Positions 46,064-54,869 of a stretch of DNA of 64,000 bases are shown piece by piece. Origin of the DNA: a virus (Duplodnaviria; Caudoviricetes). The stretch's first letter is position 1, and each line of letters starts with the position of its first letter. The position numbers were made by a program, and so were the translations under genes. The stretch is taken from IMG/VR virus record IMGVR_UViG_3300010352_001543; one strand, given 5' to 3'. Under the pieces are notes generated by a model. The model was not told the origin of the DNA. It searched no databases and saw nothing but the letters and a program-made list of their open reading frames with translations.

Positions 46064-46699
46064 CTATTTTTCTTTAGTGTAGGTTTCGTTATCAACTTGG
46101 AAACGATCTTCATTTCCAATATCATTTTTCATTAACGTCATCCGGATATCTAATAATTTGTCCGGTAAGCAAGTGTAAAGATGTCCACCAGTTTCAGAAA
46201 TATCAATTATTCCGATATCTTTACTGAAAAGAGAATCGAAATGTTGTATTTGATAATCCTTTACTCTTTCATCGTCAGAAGCAACATAAACTCCAATTTT
46301 TGAATTATGTTTATTGCTACTAAAACACATCATACCATTTTCTGTTCTAAGCTGATAACATGCAGTTAATTCATCATCCGTTATTATTCCTTCTAATGTT
46401 TCTTCCGGAAAATAACTTGGGTTAATGGCTACTAACGGTCTATCAAATATATAGTAGCAATAAAGCGCTGGAATAACTCCCAAAGAAGAGCTAATGAAAT
46501 AAAGAGAATTTGGATCAGCTTTTTTAATTATTTTATCTAATTTATCAAGATCTTTTTCTATATTGAACGTTTGATCAAATCGAACAACATTCATAGCTGA
46601 AAAATATTCTTTAATTATTTCAAATTTGTTGAAATTTGATTTATTTGCTTCCGGTGGTGATTTATATCCACCGAAATAGATTATCGTACCTTTTTTCAT
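46064..46699 (-). CDS. YqiA/UPF0227-like alpha/beta hydrolase
   Basis: ISSSLG, INPS, DDE, GGH. Confidence 0.7.
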   Translation of the reverse strand: MKKGTIIYFGGYKSPPEANKSNFNKFEIIKEYFSAMNVVRFDQTFNIEKDLDKLDKIIKKADPNSLYFISSSLGVIPALYCYYIFDRPLVAINPSYFPEETLEGIITDDELTACYQLRTENGMMCFSSNKHNSKIGVYVASDDERVKDYQIQHFDSLFSKDIGIIDISETGGHLYTCLPDKLLDIRMTLMKNDIGNEDRFQVDNETYTKEK

Positions 46700-46730
46700 T
46701 TTTTGTTTTCCTTTATAAAAATGAAACTGA

Positions 46731-47108
46731 TTAATTTAGTTGATTAACTGAGAGAGTTTTGTATCTGGAATTTTTTCCATAATAAACTCCTCCTAACATT
46801 TTTTTGTAATCTTCTGGTGTCCAAAATTCATCTTCATAAGAACCCCAAACGTATTTTACATCTTGATCTTTAATGTATTTTTGATCACTTTTAGAACCAT
46901 GTGCAGTTAAATTATAACTTCTTTTTGTTACTGTTGCTTGGCCATCATTAGTGAAAAATATATCCACACCATCTTTTGTATTTCTATACTTTCTAACGAA
47001 TTCTTCCGGTGTGCCGGTGAAATCATACACTTTTTCTTCGCCCCAAGTTATTCTTTGGTGTTCTTCATTTAACTGATTAAATTCATTGTAACTTTTAACG
47101 TTATTCAT
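46731..47108 (-). CDS. CTS-leader hypothetical protein
   Basis: MNNVKSYNEFNQLNEE. Confidence 0.5.
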   Translation of the reverse strand: MNNVKSYNEFNQLNEEHQRITWGEEKVYDFTGTPEEFVRKYRNTKDGVDIFFTNDGQATVTKRSYNLTAHGSKSDQKYIKDQDVKYVWGSYEDEFWTPEDYKKMLGGVYYGKNSRYKTLSVNQLN

Positions 47109-47148
47109 AATTCTTGCTTTTTTTGTTGTAACATTTATTTTATATATT

Positions 47149-47178
47149 AATAGACGATTTTCTTTTAATTTTATTGTA
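47149..47178 (-). promoter_or_regulatory. promoter TACAAT-N16-CGTC
   Basis: motif copy. Confidence 0.7.
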
Positions 47179-47180
47179 AC

Positions 47181-47215
47181 AAAAAAAGAAGATTGTCCTT
47201 TAGCACAATCTTCTT
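47181..47215 (-). terminator. intrinsic terminator after the Hc1-like gene
   Basis: AAGAAGATTGT...ACAATCTTCTT plus U-tract. Confidence 0.65.
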
Positions 47216-47245
47216 AACATAATTAAAATTAAAAAAAGGAAATTT

Positions 47246-47431
47246 TTAGTCTTCTTTCTTGACCGCTTCAACTGATTCTTTTCTGTATTCAGTGACTAAT
47301 TTTTTGATGTCGCCTAGTGCTTTTCTTGCCCTGGCTTCCGCCGCTTTTGTTCCCTTAGAAACATATTGTAAATGATTTGTTTTAAAATCTTCGTATAGTT
47401 TATCGATTTCTGCAAATTTTTGCTCTAACAT
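47246..47431 (-). CDS. Hc1/histone H1-like small protein
   Basis: KGTKAAEARARKAL..IKKL..EYRKES; likely start MLEQKF. Confidence 0.7.
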   Translation of the reverse strand: MLEQKFAEIDKLYEDFKTNHLQYVSKGTKAAEARARKALGDIKKLVTEYRKESVEAVKKED

Positions 47432-47515
47432 GATTTTTATCCTTTTATATTTTTTAAAATATGGGACCTCTTTCGGTCCCATTGTTGCAACGACTCCGGT
47501 TCCACACACCTATCG

Positions 47516-48910
47516 TTATGCTTTTATGAATTTGTACAATTTATATTCGTTGTTATTTAACACCCAAATGAAGTAGACTCCGGATGTATATGATTCAATA
47601 TTTAGCTCAACCGTCTCTGTAATGAAACAATTTGATACTATTAATTGTCCAGTATAGTCAAAAATCCAAATAGTAGTGGTGCCAGTGAACGGTTCCAAGA
47701 ATTTTACTATGTTGTTATCATATGTTATCAAATTAGCGTCTTCTGTCCGGGTTTCCGCCATTACTGATGTTACATCACCTTCTCTATATACTAATTGAAT
47801 TAATGTACTATCAATAATATATTGTCTAAGTTTCATATTATCTTCTGTCAACAGAGTTATTGTTCTTTGTAATTCATTGATTATTTCACTCCAAACAACC
47901 ATTATGCTATCTTTTTTGATACTCTCATTTAGCCACCTTGTGTTGGCTTCAGACAAACGGATATTTTCTTTTGTTAGTGAATCGTTTTCTAATTTCAGTT
48001 CATTGCATGGATCATCCACTGTAAATAATAGTGTTTCATCAATTTTGAAACCGGTAGATTCTACTGCACCTGTAACAGTCCAATGTCCATAAGAAGGGAA
48101 ATTTAAAAACAATCCATCCGATTGATAAGACGTAGCACTAATTAAAGAATCATTTAAATATACTTTAATATGAACGTTTTTGAAATTTTCAGATTTTTCC
48201 CAATCAATCTGAACTACATCATTTAAATTTTTTGTTCCTGAATATGTTTTAAATCGGAAGTATGTATCTCTTTCTAAAACAGGTATCATATCAGATTGTG
48301 CTACTACAATATTTGTCTCGTTATATACATACCTGTATTGAACGGAACCTGGAACAAGATAGATATTATCGAATTCATAAACTACTTCATTTGCTATATT
48401 AATTTTTTCGATATTATTCCAATTGATTCCATCTTGAGAAAATTGTAATGTTAATTGACTTGGGAGATGTAATGGATTGAATATTGTCTTTGCTATATAG
48501 TGGCCACCATTATAAATTTCAGAAGGTATTAAGGTAAATTGACCAGAAGAGGCGATAAAGTTAATAGTATGTACATCTATAGGTTCTGTTCCCCATTCAT
48601 CATCTGGATTAACAAAAATACCAATTAATGCATTTGATACTATTGTTTCCGGTACATAAGAAAATGTTTTTGTTGCTGGTCTTGGATTCTCCCAACTGGT
48701 GATTTCTGTTATTTGTTGCCATGTTGTTCCATTATCGAATGACAAAGCTACGTAAAATTGATCGGACATTGCCGGTGACCAATCTTCAACTGTGTAAGTG
48801 AATGCTGTTTTGAAATAGTAGTTTTCATTTAAATTTTTGAAACCTTCAGCATTTAGTGTGAAGTAGCATGAAATTGCTACTAATAATGTGATCAGTAATT
48901 TTTTAAACAT
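47516..48910 (-). CDS. secreted protein with coiled coil and T9SS CTD
   Basis: signal peptide; IFDYTGQL...LNIESYTSGVYFI...YKFIK. Confidence 0.7.
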   Translation of the reverse strand: MFKKLLITLLVAISCYFTLNAEGFKNLNENYYFKTAFTYTVEDWSPAMSDQFYVALSFDNGTTWQQITEITSWENPRPATKTFSYVPETIVSNALIGIFVNPDDEWGTEPIDVHTINFIASSGQFTLIPSEIYNGGHYIAKTIFNPLHLPSQLTLQFSQDGINWNNIEKINIANEVVYEFDNIYLVPGSVQYRYVYNETNIVVAQSDMIPVLERDTYFRFKTYSGTKNLNDVVQIDWEKSENFKNVHIKVYLNDSLISATSYQSDGLFLNFPSYGHWTVTGAVESTGFKIDETLLFTVDDPCNELKLENDSLTKENIRLSEANTRWLNESIKKDSIMVVWSEIINELQRTITLLTEDNMKLRQYIIDSTLIQLVYREGDVTSVMAETRTEDANLITYDNNIVKFLEPFTGTTTIWIFDYTGQLIVSNCFITETVELNIESYTSGVYFIWVLNNNEYKLYKFIKA

Positions 48911-49042
48911 TTTGTTTTTAAACCTTTTAATAATTTTTAAATAATTTTTTGTTTCTTTATTAATATTTATACAATTAAGTATGTTGTTTCTAAAATAGAA
49001 AAAAGTTGATTTTTTATTTCAACTTTTCTTTTTCGACCTTGT

Positions 49043-49516
49043 TTAGTCCATTCTATAAATGTAATAGCCTTTATCATCATATATCAGACTATGTTCATAT
49101 CCGTCATATTGTGAGATCCATTGACCTCTGTCATCTGAATCCATACTGTCTCTGACCCATGAATTAGTATCGAAATACTCTTGTAAATGTTCCGGAACCT
49201 GTGGAACTATTTCATTTTCCGCATATTCTTTAATATTTTCACGTTCTCTTTCTTCCGCTTCTTCATAGTCTAATATGAGGTATTCTTCTCCATCATAACT
49301 GTAAAGATTCTTATCCCAAGTATTTTGCTCAAGAAAATCTTCTAACAATGGGTAATTTTCATTTAAATGTTCTGATATCTCATCATGATTTACTGATTCA
49401 GAACATATAGATTTAAATTCTTTCGGTTTAATAATAAAATATTTATCATCAAATTTAACTAAATCTATTCATAGAAATTCAGCTAATGCTAATACCTTGT
49501 CGTTAATTTCTAACAT
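49043..49516 (-). pseudogene. hypothetical ORF with in-frame TGA at 49469-49471
   Basis: MLEINDKVLALAEFL*IDLV... is in frame with 49043..49348. Confidence 0.6.
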
Positions 49517-49529
49517 TAATATTTTCCTA

Positions 49530-49970
49530 CTAAAGTGTTAATAATCTACCTTCTATCCATTCAGAAGTTTCTGGTTTGAACCAAAGGGATTGCCAAACAA
49601 AATCTCTACCATTAGAACCGCCACCAGGATGAGTGTATGCTAATTGAGGATTGAACCAAATACTGCCGTCATCCACAATTGTTCCGCCCCAAAAATCAAT
49701 AACAATGTTTTTGAACAATGTATTGACTAATGTCTTTCCAAGTTCGGATTTTAAATCACCTGATTTAATTTTGAATGTTGGATTGCCTCTAATTGTCTCC
49801 ATTTCACAACTGAGTTTTACTTTCATTCCATTTAGACGTTTTGATATCAATTTTTCTAAATCAGGAATATGCTTTGTTAAATTATCAAACAATTCTGTTA
49901 ACTCTTCATTGGAAATATCTAATGTTTCATTGAGTTGAGTTGTCTGATAGTCATCGTATTTTCTTGCCAT
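49530..49970 (-). CDS. CTS-leader hypothetical protein
   Basis: MARKYDDYQTTQLNE. Confidence 0.5.
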   Translation of the reverse strand: MARKYDDYQTTQLNETLDISNEELTELFDNLTKHIPDLEKLISKRLNGMKVKLSCEMETIRGNPTFKIKSGDLKSELGKTLVNTLFKNIVIDFWGGTIVDDGSIWFNPQLAYTHPGGGSNGRDFVWQSLWFKPETSEWIEGRLLTL

Positions 49971-49988
49971 TGTAATTTTCCTTTATTT

Positions 49989-50558
49989 TTATATACTATA
50001 TATTTCTGTTTTATTTTTGATATGATTATAAACATGTTTTCTCGCTCGATAGATATGGACAGAAACAGATCCGACAGGAACATCAGTAATTAATGATATT
50101 TCATTGTAACTGAAATTATCCATTTCTCTTAGTAAGTATGATTCCAAATAAATTTCAGGTATTCCTTGTATAGCTTCTTCTATAGATTTACTAATTAGAT
50201 GCTGGTCAAAAAGAATTTCCTGTTCAAATATTCGGTCATCTATCTCTTCAATATATTCGGTAGCTACTGGACGTTTTTGTCTGAATTTATTAAATATATC
50301 ATTCCGGGCAATTCTTAATAGGTAAGCATAAACATTATTAATTTCTTTATTGTCTGAAATGGAGGAATAAAAATTGATAAATGTTTGTTGAAAGGTATCT
50401 TCAACATCCTGCTTATTTTTCAATAAGTATGAAATATATCGAAGCACCTTACTGGAGTACCTATTATATAACTCAGTGAATGCCTTTTCGGATACTGTTT
50501 TATTTTTTGAAAGTAGTAATCTATAAAGTTCTATGTCAGATTTTTGTTTGATTTCTAT
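49989..50558 (-). CDS. ECF (group IV) RNA polymerase sigma factor; probable ATA start at 50558
   Basis: SDIEL..L...EKAFTELYNRY, EDTFQQTF, YLLRIARN, LREMDNFSYNEIS...GSVSVHIYRAR. Confidence 0.88.
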   Translation of the reverse strand: MEIKQKSDIELYRLLLSKNKTVSEKAFTELYNRYSSKVLRYISYLLKNKQDVEDTFQQTFINFYSSISDNKEINNVYAYLLRIARNDIFNKFRQKRPVATEYIEEIDDRIFEQEILFDQHLISKSIEEAIQGIPEIYLESYLLREMDNFSYNEISLITDVPVGSVSVHIYRARKHVYNHIKNKTEIYSI

Positions 50559-50584
50559 TGCCTGTTTGTTCTGTGTTAAAATAG

Positions 50585-50614
50585 TATTAACGATTCAGTT
50601 GAAATTTTATTGTA
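50585..50614 (-). promoter_or_regulatory. promoter variant TACAAT-N16-CGTT upstream of the ECF sigma gene
   Basis: motif variant. Confidence 0.65.
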
Positions 50615-50854
50615 GAGAAATTAAATAAATTATTACATTTATTTTTTATTTTTCAAGATTTCTTTTAATCTTTTACATGCGTTTAGGTAAACACGATGAT
50701 CAAAATGATAATCTTTAGTCCAATATTTTGCTTGTAATTCAGCAGTATCTAATATATTTTTTAATTCCTCTGTATTCATATCTTCTGAAAATGAATATGG
50801 AGGTCCATATTGCTCCAATTCTGAATCAAAATTGACCGGATCATAAAAGTTATC

Positions 50855-51157
50855 CTATCGTGATTCATTCATAAATTCTTCAAATTTCATGACTCTGGAT
50901 TCATTTTGTTTTGTTTTGCCTATGTCGGTTGCTTTTGTTTTCAAATGTTGGACATTATCCGCTTTGGTGAAGTCGATAGAATCCATCACTTTATCCGGAA
51001 GATTTTTAGTTTTAATAGAAGCAAAATCTTCAAGGTCTTTTAAAGACATCGAATCTGCTAATTCTTTTACTTCGGTTGAGGCATCAACGGTCTCTCCTCT
51101 TTTGTATGCTAAGGCCATTCCCATGATTGCTTGTTGTGCTTTTGATTTTGCTGGCAT
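50855..51157 (-). CDS. DUF3008-like protein; frame stays open about 70 codons past its TAG
   Basis: MPAKSKAQQ..MG.ALA.KRGE...SMS..DLEDFA; ends MKFEEFMNESR*. Confidence 0.75.
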   Translation of the reverse strand: MPAKSKAQQAIMGMALAYKRGETVDASTEVKELADSMSLKDLEDFASIKTKNLPDKVMDSIDFTKADNVQHLKTKATDIGKTKQNESRVMKFEEFMNESR

Positions 51158-51184
51158 TTTTATTACTCTTTTATTTAAAAATTA

Positions 51185-51345
51185 AAAAACGAGGATAGTT
51201 AGAGGGTTTTTAACCTCATCGACATGTTGGTCTTTCAGGCCAAGTTGTACACGGGAATTCCTCACAACGCGATCGAATACAACCGGTCTTGCTCTCTCAT
51301 TAGCTTAGTGAACTTTTTCGTGTGTTCACTTTCCTATCCTCTGAA
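51185..51345 (-). ncRNA. unclassified multi-stem structured RNA
   Basis: GC-rich intergenic island; GAGGATAG/CTATCCTC closing stem, four internal hairpins, 3' U-run. Confidence 0.5.
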
Positions 51346-51529
51346 CCGCTAAATTAAGTATGCTGATATGGTGATTTAAACCAAACTCGCCTAAAATAGA
51401 GACGGCCTATAGTATATATTATCTACAATAGTAGAAATTTTTTAAGAAAGATTATTAAAGAAGTTATAATAGATGAATCAATTATATAATCAAAATAACC
51501 CTCTAATTATATATTTAAAATTAATATTT

Positions 51530-51592
51530 GCTCCATGACAAGGAATCGAACCTTGAACTGAAATGTAATCTTTCTCCGTTTGTCATACAGAG
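51530..51592 (-). pseudogene. degenerate tRNA remnant
   Basis: T-arm CAAGG-TTCGATT-CCTTG intact, no anticodon arm. Confidence 0.45.
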
Positions 51593-52151
51593 AAATCAAA
51601 CAAAAACAGGTTATCCATTTATAACTCATGAAACCTTGAAACATTTTTGTTTTATACAAATTCGGTGATTTAATTTATGTACTTCTATTAATCAATAAAT
51701 TATAAACATAAATTTTGTTTTTTTTACTAATATATATAAATTTATCAACTTGAATTTTAATTGAACCAACAGGCAACAATTTTGTTGACACAGTTTAGTA
51801 TTTCATTTCAAAAATTGTTTCAAAGAACGACGTTCTATTTTCTAACCTTCTAAAATTGTATATTCAGCAACTCTTCTGAAAAAGTAAACTGTTTTATCCA
51901 ATTCAATTTTTCCGTTCGATGCTGCATTGGTCAAATGACCTTCTGTTTCTTTCCAAAGTACAACCGGACCAAGTTCCGGAAAATTAGCACCATAAAAAGG
52001 ACTTTCGATTGGATATGCTTTACGGTAACATTTTGATTCTATTGACAAAGCTATTTCTTTAGCTGCATTGAAATTATTTAATTCGGTATTTTGAGATTCT
52101 GTTAGCATTTTCTATTTTCCTAAAATTATTAGTTTTATTTAATTTATAATA

Positions 52152-52181
52152 TATTGACGTTACTAATAAATTTTTATTGTA
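52152..52181 (-). promoter_or_regulatory. promoter TACAAT-N16-CGTC
   Basis: motif copy. Confidence 0.75.
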
Positions 52182-52190
52182 ACGAAAAAT

Positions 52191-52224
52191 AAAAAAGATC
52201 TAAACTTTTTCAAATTTAGATCTT
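52191..52224 (-). terminator. terminator closing the tRNA operon
   Basis: AAGATCTAAA...TTTAGATCTT plus U-tract. Confidence 0.7.
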
Positions 52225-52225
52225 C

Positions 52226-52302
52226 TGGCGGAACCATCGGGATTCGAACCCGAGATCTCTTGATAGACAGTCAAGCGCTTTAACCAACTAAGCTATGATT
52301 CC
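52226..52302 (-). tRNA. tRNA-Asp(GTC), CCA encoded
   Basis: cloverleaf, loop CTGTCTA. Confidence 0.92.
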
Positions 52303-52307
52303 ATTTC

Positions 52308-52382
52308 GGTGGATTATAAAGGACTTGAACCTTCACCTTCGGTATGCAAAACCGATATGCTCCCAATTAACACTAATAACCC
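52308..52382 (-). tRNA. tRNA-Ala(TGC)
   Basis: G3-U70 pair, loop TTTGCAT. Confidence 0.9.
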
Positions 52383-52389
52383 GTTCTTG

Positions 52390-52462
52390 TACGTCTAAGC
52401 AGGATCGAACTGCTACCAATGGATTGAAGGTCCATTAAACTATCCATTTATTCTATAGACGC
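52390..52462 (-). tRNA. tRNA-Glu(TTC), atypical C33
   Basis: stem ATGGA/TCCAT, loop CCTTCAA. Confidence 0.7.
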
Positions 52463-52469
52463 ATAATTG

Positions 52470-52541
52470 AGACATCGGTGAGAATCGCACTCACATAAAC
52501 GGTTTTGCAGACCGCTACCTAAACTATTCGGACACGATGTC
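52470..52541 (-). tRNA. tRNA-Cys(GCA)
   Basis: loop CTGCAAA, U73. Confidence 0.88.
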
Positions 52542-52553
52542 GTTGCTGTTTTG

Positions 52554-52627
52554 TGCCTTGACGTGGTAACGCTCCACGCTCTTCGGTGTTTCAAACCGAT
52601 GCTTTCTACTTGATTAGCTTTCAAGGC
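52554..52627 (-). tRNA. tRNA-Phe(GAA)
   Basis: loop TTGAAAC; atypical T-loop. Confidence 0.8.
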
Positions 52628-52635
52628 ATTTCTTG

Positions 52636-52708
<73 letters not shown>

Positions 52709-52715
52709 AATTTTG

Positions 52716-52790
52716 TGAAAATAGAAGGATTTGAACCTTCGACCATCTGCGTGTAAAACAGATGCTCTATACCAACTGAGCTATATTTTC
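52716..52790 (-). tRNA. tRNA-Val(TAC)
   Basis: loop TTTACAC. Confidence 0.92.
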
Positions 52791-52795
52791 ATCTG

Positions 52796-52869
52796 TGGAC
52801 CCTGTTGGGATTGAACCAACGATTTCTGAGTTATGAGCTCAGTACTTTTACCAACTAAGTTAAAGGTCC
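52796..52869 (-). tRNA. tRNA-Ile2/Met(CAT)
   Basis: loop CTCATAA; GGACCTT acceptor resembles Ile2. Confidence 0.85.
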
Positions 52870-52877
52870 ATTACTTG

Positions 52878-52951
52878 CACTGATAGTTAGATTCGAACTA
52901 ACATTTATCAAATTAGAAGTTTGATGCTCTATCCAGTTGAGCTATATCAGC
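52878..52951 (-). tRNA. tRNA-Arg(TCT)
   Basis: loop CTTCTAA. Confidence 0.92.
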
Positions 52952-52960
52952 GTTGTTTTG

Positions 52961-53033
52961 TAGCGGACCCGGAACCTGCCTCCGGAACTACAGCTTATGA
53001 GACTGTCGAGATAACTAATTTCTCTAATCCGCT
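52961..53033 (-). tRNA. tRNA-Met(CAT), initiator-like, atypical T-loop
   Basis: AGCGGAT acceptor, loop CTCATAA, T-loop GGCAGGT. Confidence 0.7.
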
Positions 53034-53040
53034 ATTTTTG

Positions 53041-53112
53041 CACGTCGAGCAGGTCTCGAACCTGAACCCGTGGGTTTGGAATCCACTACTCTACCAATTG
53101 AGCTATCGACGT
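53041..53112 (-). tRNA. tRNA-Trp(CCA)
   Basis: loop TTCCAAA. Confidence 0.88.
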
Positions 53113-53120
53113 ATATCTTG

Positions 53121-53194
53121 AGCGCCTACCCGGGGTTGAACCGAGACATTTTGGTTGGAAGCCAAACATGCTAATCCATTAACATCATAGGCGC
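53121..53194 (-). tRNA. tRNA-Gly(TCC)
   Basis: GCG acceptor, U73, loop CTTCCAA. Confidence 0.9.
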
Positions 53195-53200
53195 GTTTTG

Positions 53201-53283
53201 CAGAAGCAACCGGATTTGAACCGATACATCCTTTCGGACAACTCATTAGCGGTGAGTAGCAATACCAATTATGCGATGCTTCT
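53201..53283 (-). tRNA. tRNA-Ser(GCT), C33
   Basis: long variable arm, loop CCGCTAA. Confidence 0.85.
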
Positions 53284-53287
53284 ATCG

Positions 53288-53361
53288 GGTAATTAATGAG
53301 GAACGATCTCATACTTTCAGCTTCACAGGCTGGGGTGCTAACCAATTACACCATAATTACC
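53288..53361 (-). tRNA. tRNA-His(GTG)
   Basis: G-1/C73, loop CTGTGAA. Confidence 0.88.
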
Positions 53362-53373
53362 GTGTTTAAAAAA

Positions 53374-53409
53374 TGCACCAAATATTCTATCCAGTTGAGC
53401 TAATGGTGC
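53374..53409 (-). pseudogene. internally deleted tRNA-Arg-like remnant
   Basis: GCACCATTAGCTCAACTGGATAGAATA joined directly to TTTGGTGCA. Confidence 0.7.
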
Positions 53410-53423
53410 GTTTTTTATTATTG

Positions 53424-53495
53424 AGCTCACAAAAGGAATCGAACCCTTATCTGAAGATTACAAGTCATCTGTTCTACCAATTGAACTATGCGAGC
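53424..53495 (-). tRNA. tRNA-Thr(TGT)
   Basis: loop CTTGTAA. Confidence 0.9.
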
Positions 53496-53498
53496 ATT

Positions 53499-53575
53499 TG
53501 GTTGTCTATCAAGGATTTGAACCTAAATCTTTGCTGTATCAGAGCAACATTCTAACCGGATTGAACTAATAGACA
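53499..53575 (-). tRNA. tRNA-Ile(GAT), CCA encoded
   Basis: loop CTGATAC. Confidence 0.88.
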
Positions 53576-53585
53576 ATATTATATG

Positions 53586-53670
53586 TGTCAGAGGTGGGCA
53601 TCGAACCCACATGGAATTTCTTCCACGGGTTTTTAAGACCCGTGCGTACTACCAATTTCGCCACTCCGAC
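53586..53670 (-). tRNA. tRNA-Leu(TAA)
   Basis: long variable arm, loop CTTAAAA. Confidence 0.92.
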
Positions 53671-53678
53671 ATTTTAAG

Positions 53679-53752
53679 TAATCACGCTAAGATTTGAACT
53701 TAGACTTTATGACTTTTGAAATCATCGCCACTGCCAATTGGGCTACGTGATC
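53679..53752 (-). tRNA. tRNA-Leu(CAA), short variable loop
   Basis: loop TTCAAAA; variable region AAAGT only. Confidence 0.8.
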
Positions 53753-53760
53753 ATTTGAAG

Positions 53761-54576
53761 TAACCCTACTTGGATTTGAACCAAGACTTTTTATATCAAA
53801 TCTAAAAACCCTTCACTGGAAAACCATCTTCTTTTAAATTCTTTGTGATTTATCCGTGTAACATTATATCCAATATCCTTTAAATAATTATCTCTTATCT
53901 TATCTTTTTCTATCGTCTTTTCATGTTGATTACCATCTAATTCTATTATTAATTTTTTATCTTCAAATGTATAATCTGCGAATATGTTCTTTTTATCTTT
54001 CTCATTATAAAAATGTCTATTATACTGATATTCAATTTTATTAGATATCAAATATTTTTCAAAATTTTCTTCCATCCACGATCTCTTATGACTTCCGTAT
54101 ATCTTATGATTTTCTGGATTTTTTAGCCATTCTGTTCTTGCTTTTGAAATTTTAGACCTTCTTATTAATTCTTTCTCTGTAGTAGAAGCTCGACCAGTTG
54201 GAGCTTTAGTTATTCCATTTTTCATATTTAATGAGCTATTAATAGAGTTTCTTTTGATTCTTTCATCTGTGTACTTTGTCAATCCTTTAGACCAACCTCT
54301 TTTAGCAAGATCATCAACAGACATTTCATCTTTTCTCTTCTGGACAATTCTACCATCATTGTAGCATTTTTTAACACCTTCACTATTCTTTTTTCTATTT
54401 GTCGGACAACTATTATAAGATTTAGAGCAACACCATTTTCCACTTTTAGATTGATATATTGCTTCTTGTCCACATCCATACTCACATAATTGAATTTCAT
54501 CCATAATACACTATAATATTTTTAATAATATAGTATATATTTGAGACTGTCTCCTCTGCCGTTGGGATATAGGGTC
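53761..54576 (-). pseudogene. tRNA-Leu(CAA) split at the anticodon loop by an endonuclease gene (5' half 54541-54576, 3' half 53761-53790)
   Basis: GACCCTA...ACAGT-CTCAAA | insert | AAAGT-CTTGG-TTCAAAT-CCAAG-TAGGGTTA; acceptor strands complementary. Confidence 0.8.
53791..54504 (-). mobile_element. free-standing homing endonuclease (CEYGCG Zn motif, NUMOD3-like, DUF559/Vsr-like nuclease)
   Basis: WSKGLTK; ADY...IIELDGNQH...DKIRD.YL...GY.V.RI. Confidence 0.8.
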
Positions 54577-54584
54577 ATTTTACA

Positions 54585-54667
54585 GGTGCCGTTTTATGGA
54601 ATTGAACCATACTGTACTAAGTACAAAAGTTTTACAGACTTCGTCGCCACCTTGGCTGTTAAACGGC
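54585..54667 (-). tRNA. tRNA-Tyr(GTA)
   Basis: long variable arm, loop CTGTAAA; atypical D-arm. Confidence 0.8.
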
Positions 54668-54675
54668 TTTTTATT

Positions 54676-54751
54676 TGGCTCATCGGGTAGGACTCGAACC
54701 TACAATCGCCGCGTTAACAGCGCGGTACTCTACCAATTGAGTTACCGATGA
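54676..54751 (-). tRNA. tRNA-Asn(GTT), CCA encoded
   Basis: loop CTGTTAA. Confidence 0.93.
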
Positions 54752-54762
54752 ATTTTAATCTG

Positions 54763-54835
54763 CTGCCGGTGAATGATTTGAACATTCATAAACGGCTTCA
54801 AAGGCCGTTGTCTTAACCAGTTGGACGAACCGACA
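54763..54835 (-). tRNA. tRNA-Gln(TTG)
   Basis: loop CTTTGAA. Confidence 0.88.
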
Positions 54836-54869
54836 GTATTTTATTTTCTAATTTTCAAAGGACTAAGGC

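Noticed and set aside
51185-51345. RNase P RNA or tmRNA
   Set aside because: Too short; lacks the P4 signature and tRNA-like ends.
51600-51840. AT-rich gap as replication origin
   Set aside because: No iterons or other support visible.
52390-52462. UCA (opal/Sec) suppressor reading of loop CCTTCAA
   Set aside because: Stem register puts TTC at 34-36, there is no long Sec arm, and Glu is otherwise missing from the set.
53791-54540. Group I intron in tRNA-Leu
   Set aside because: No space or motifs for a catalytic core; the 3' anticodon strand is missing.
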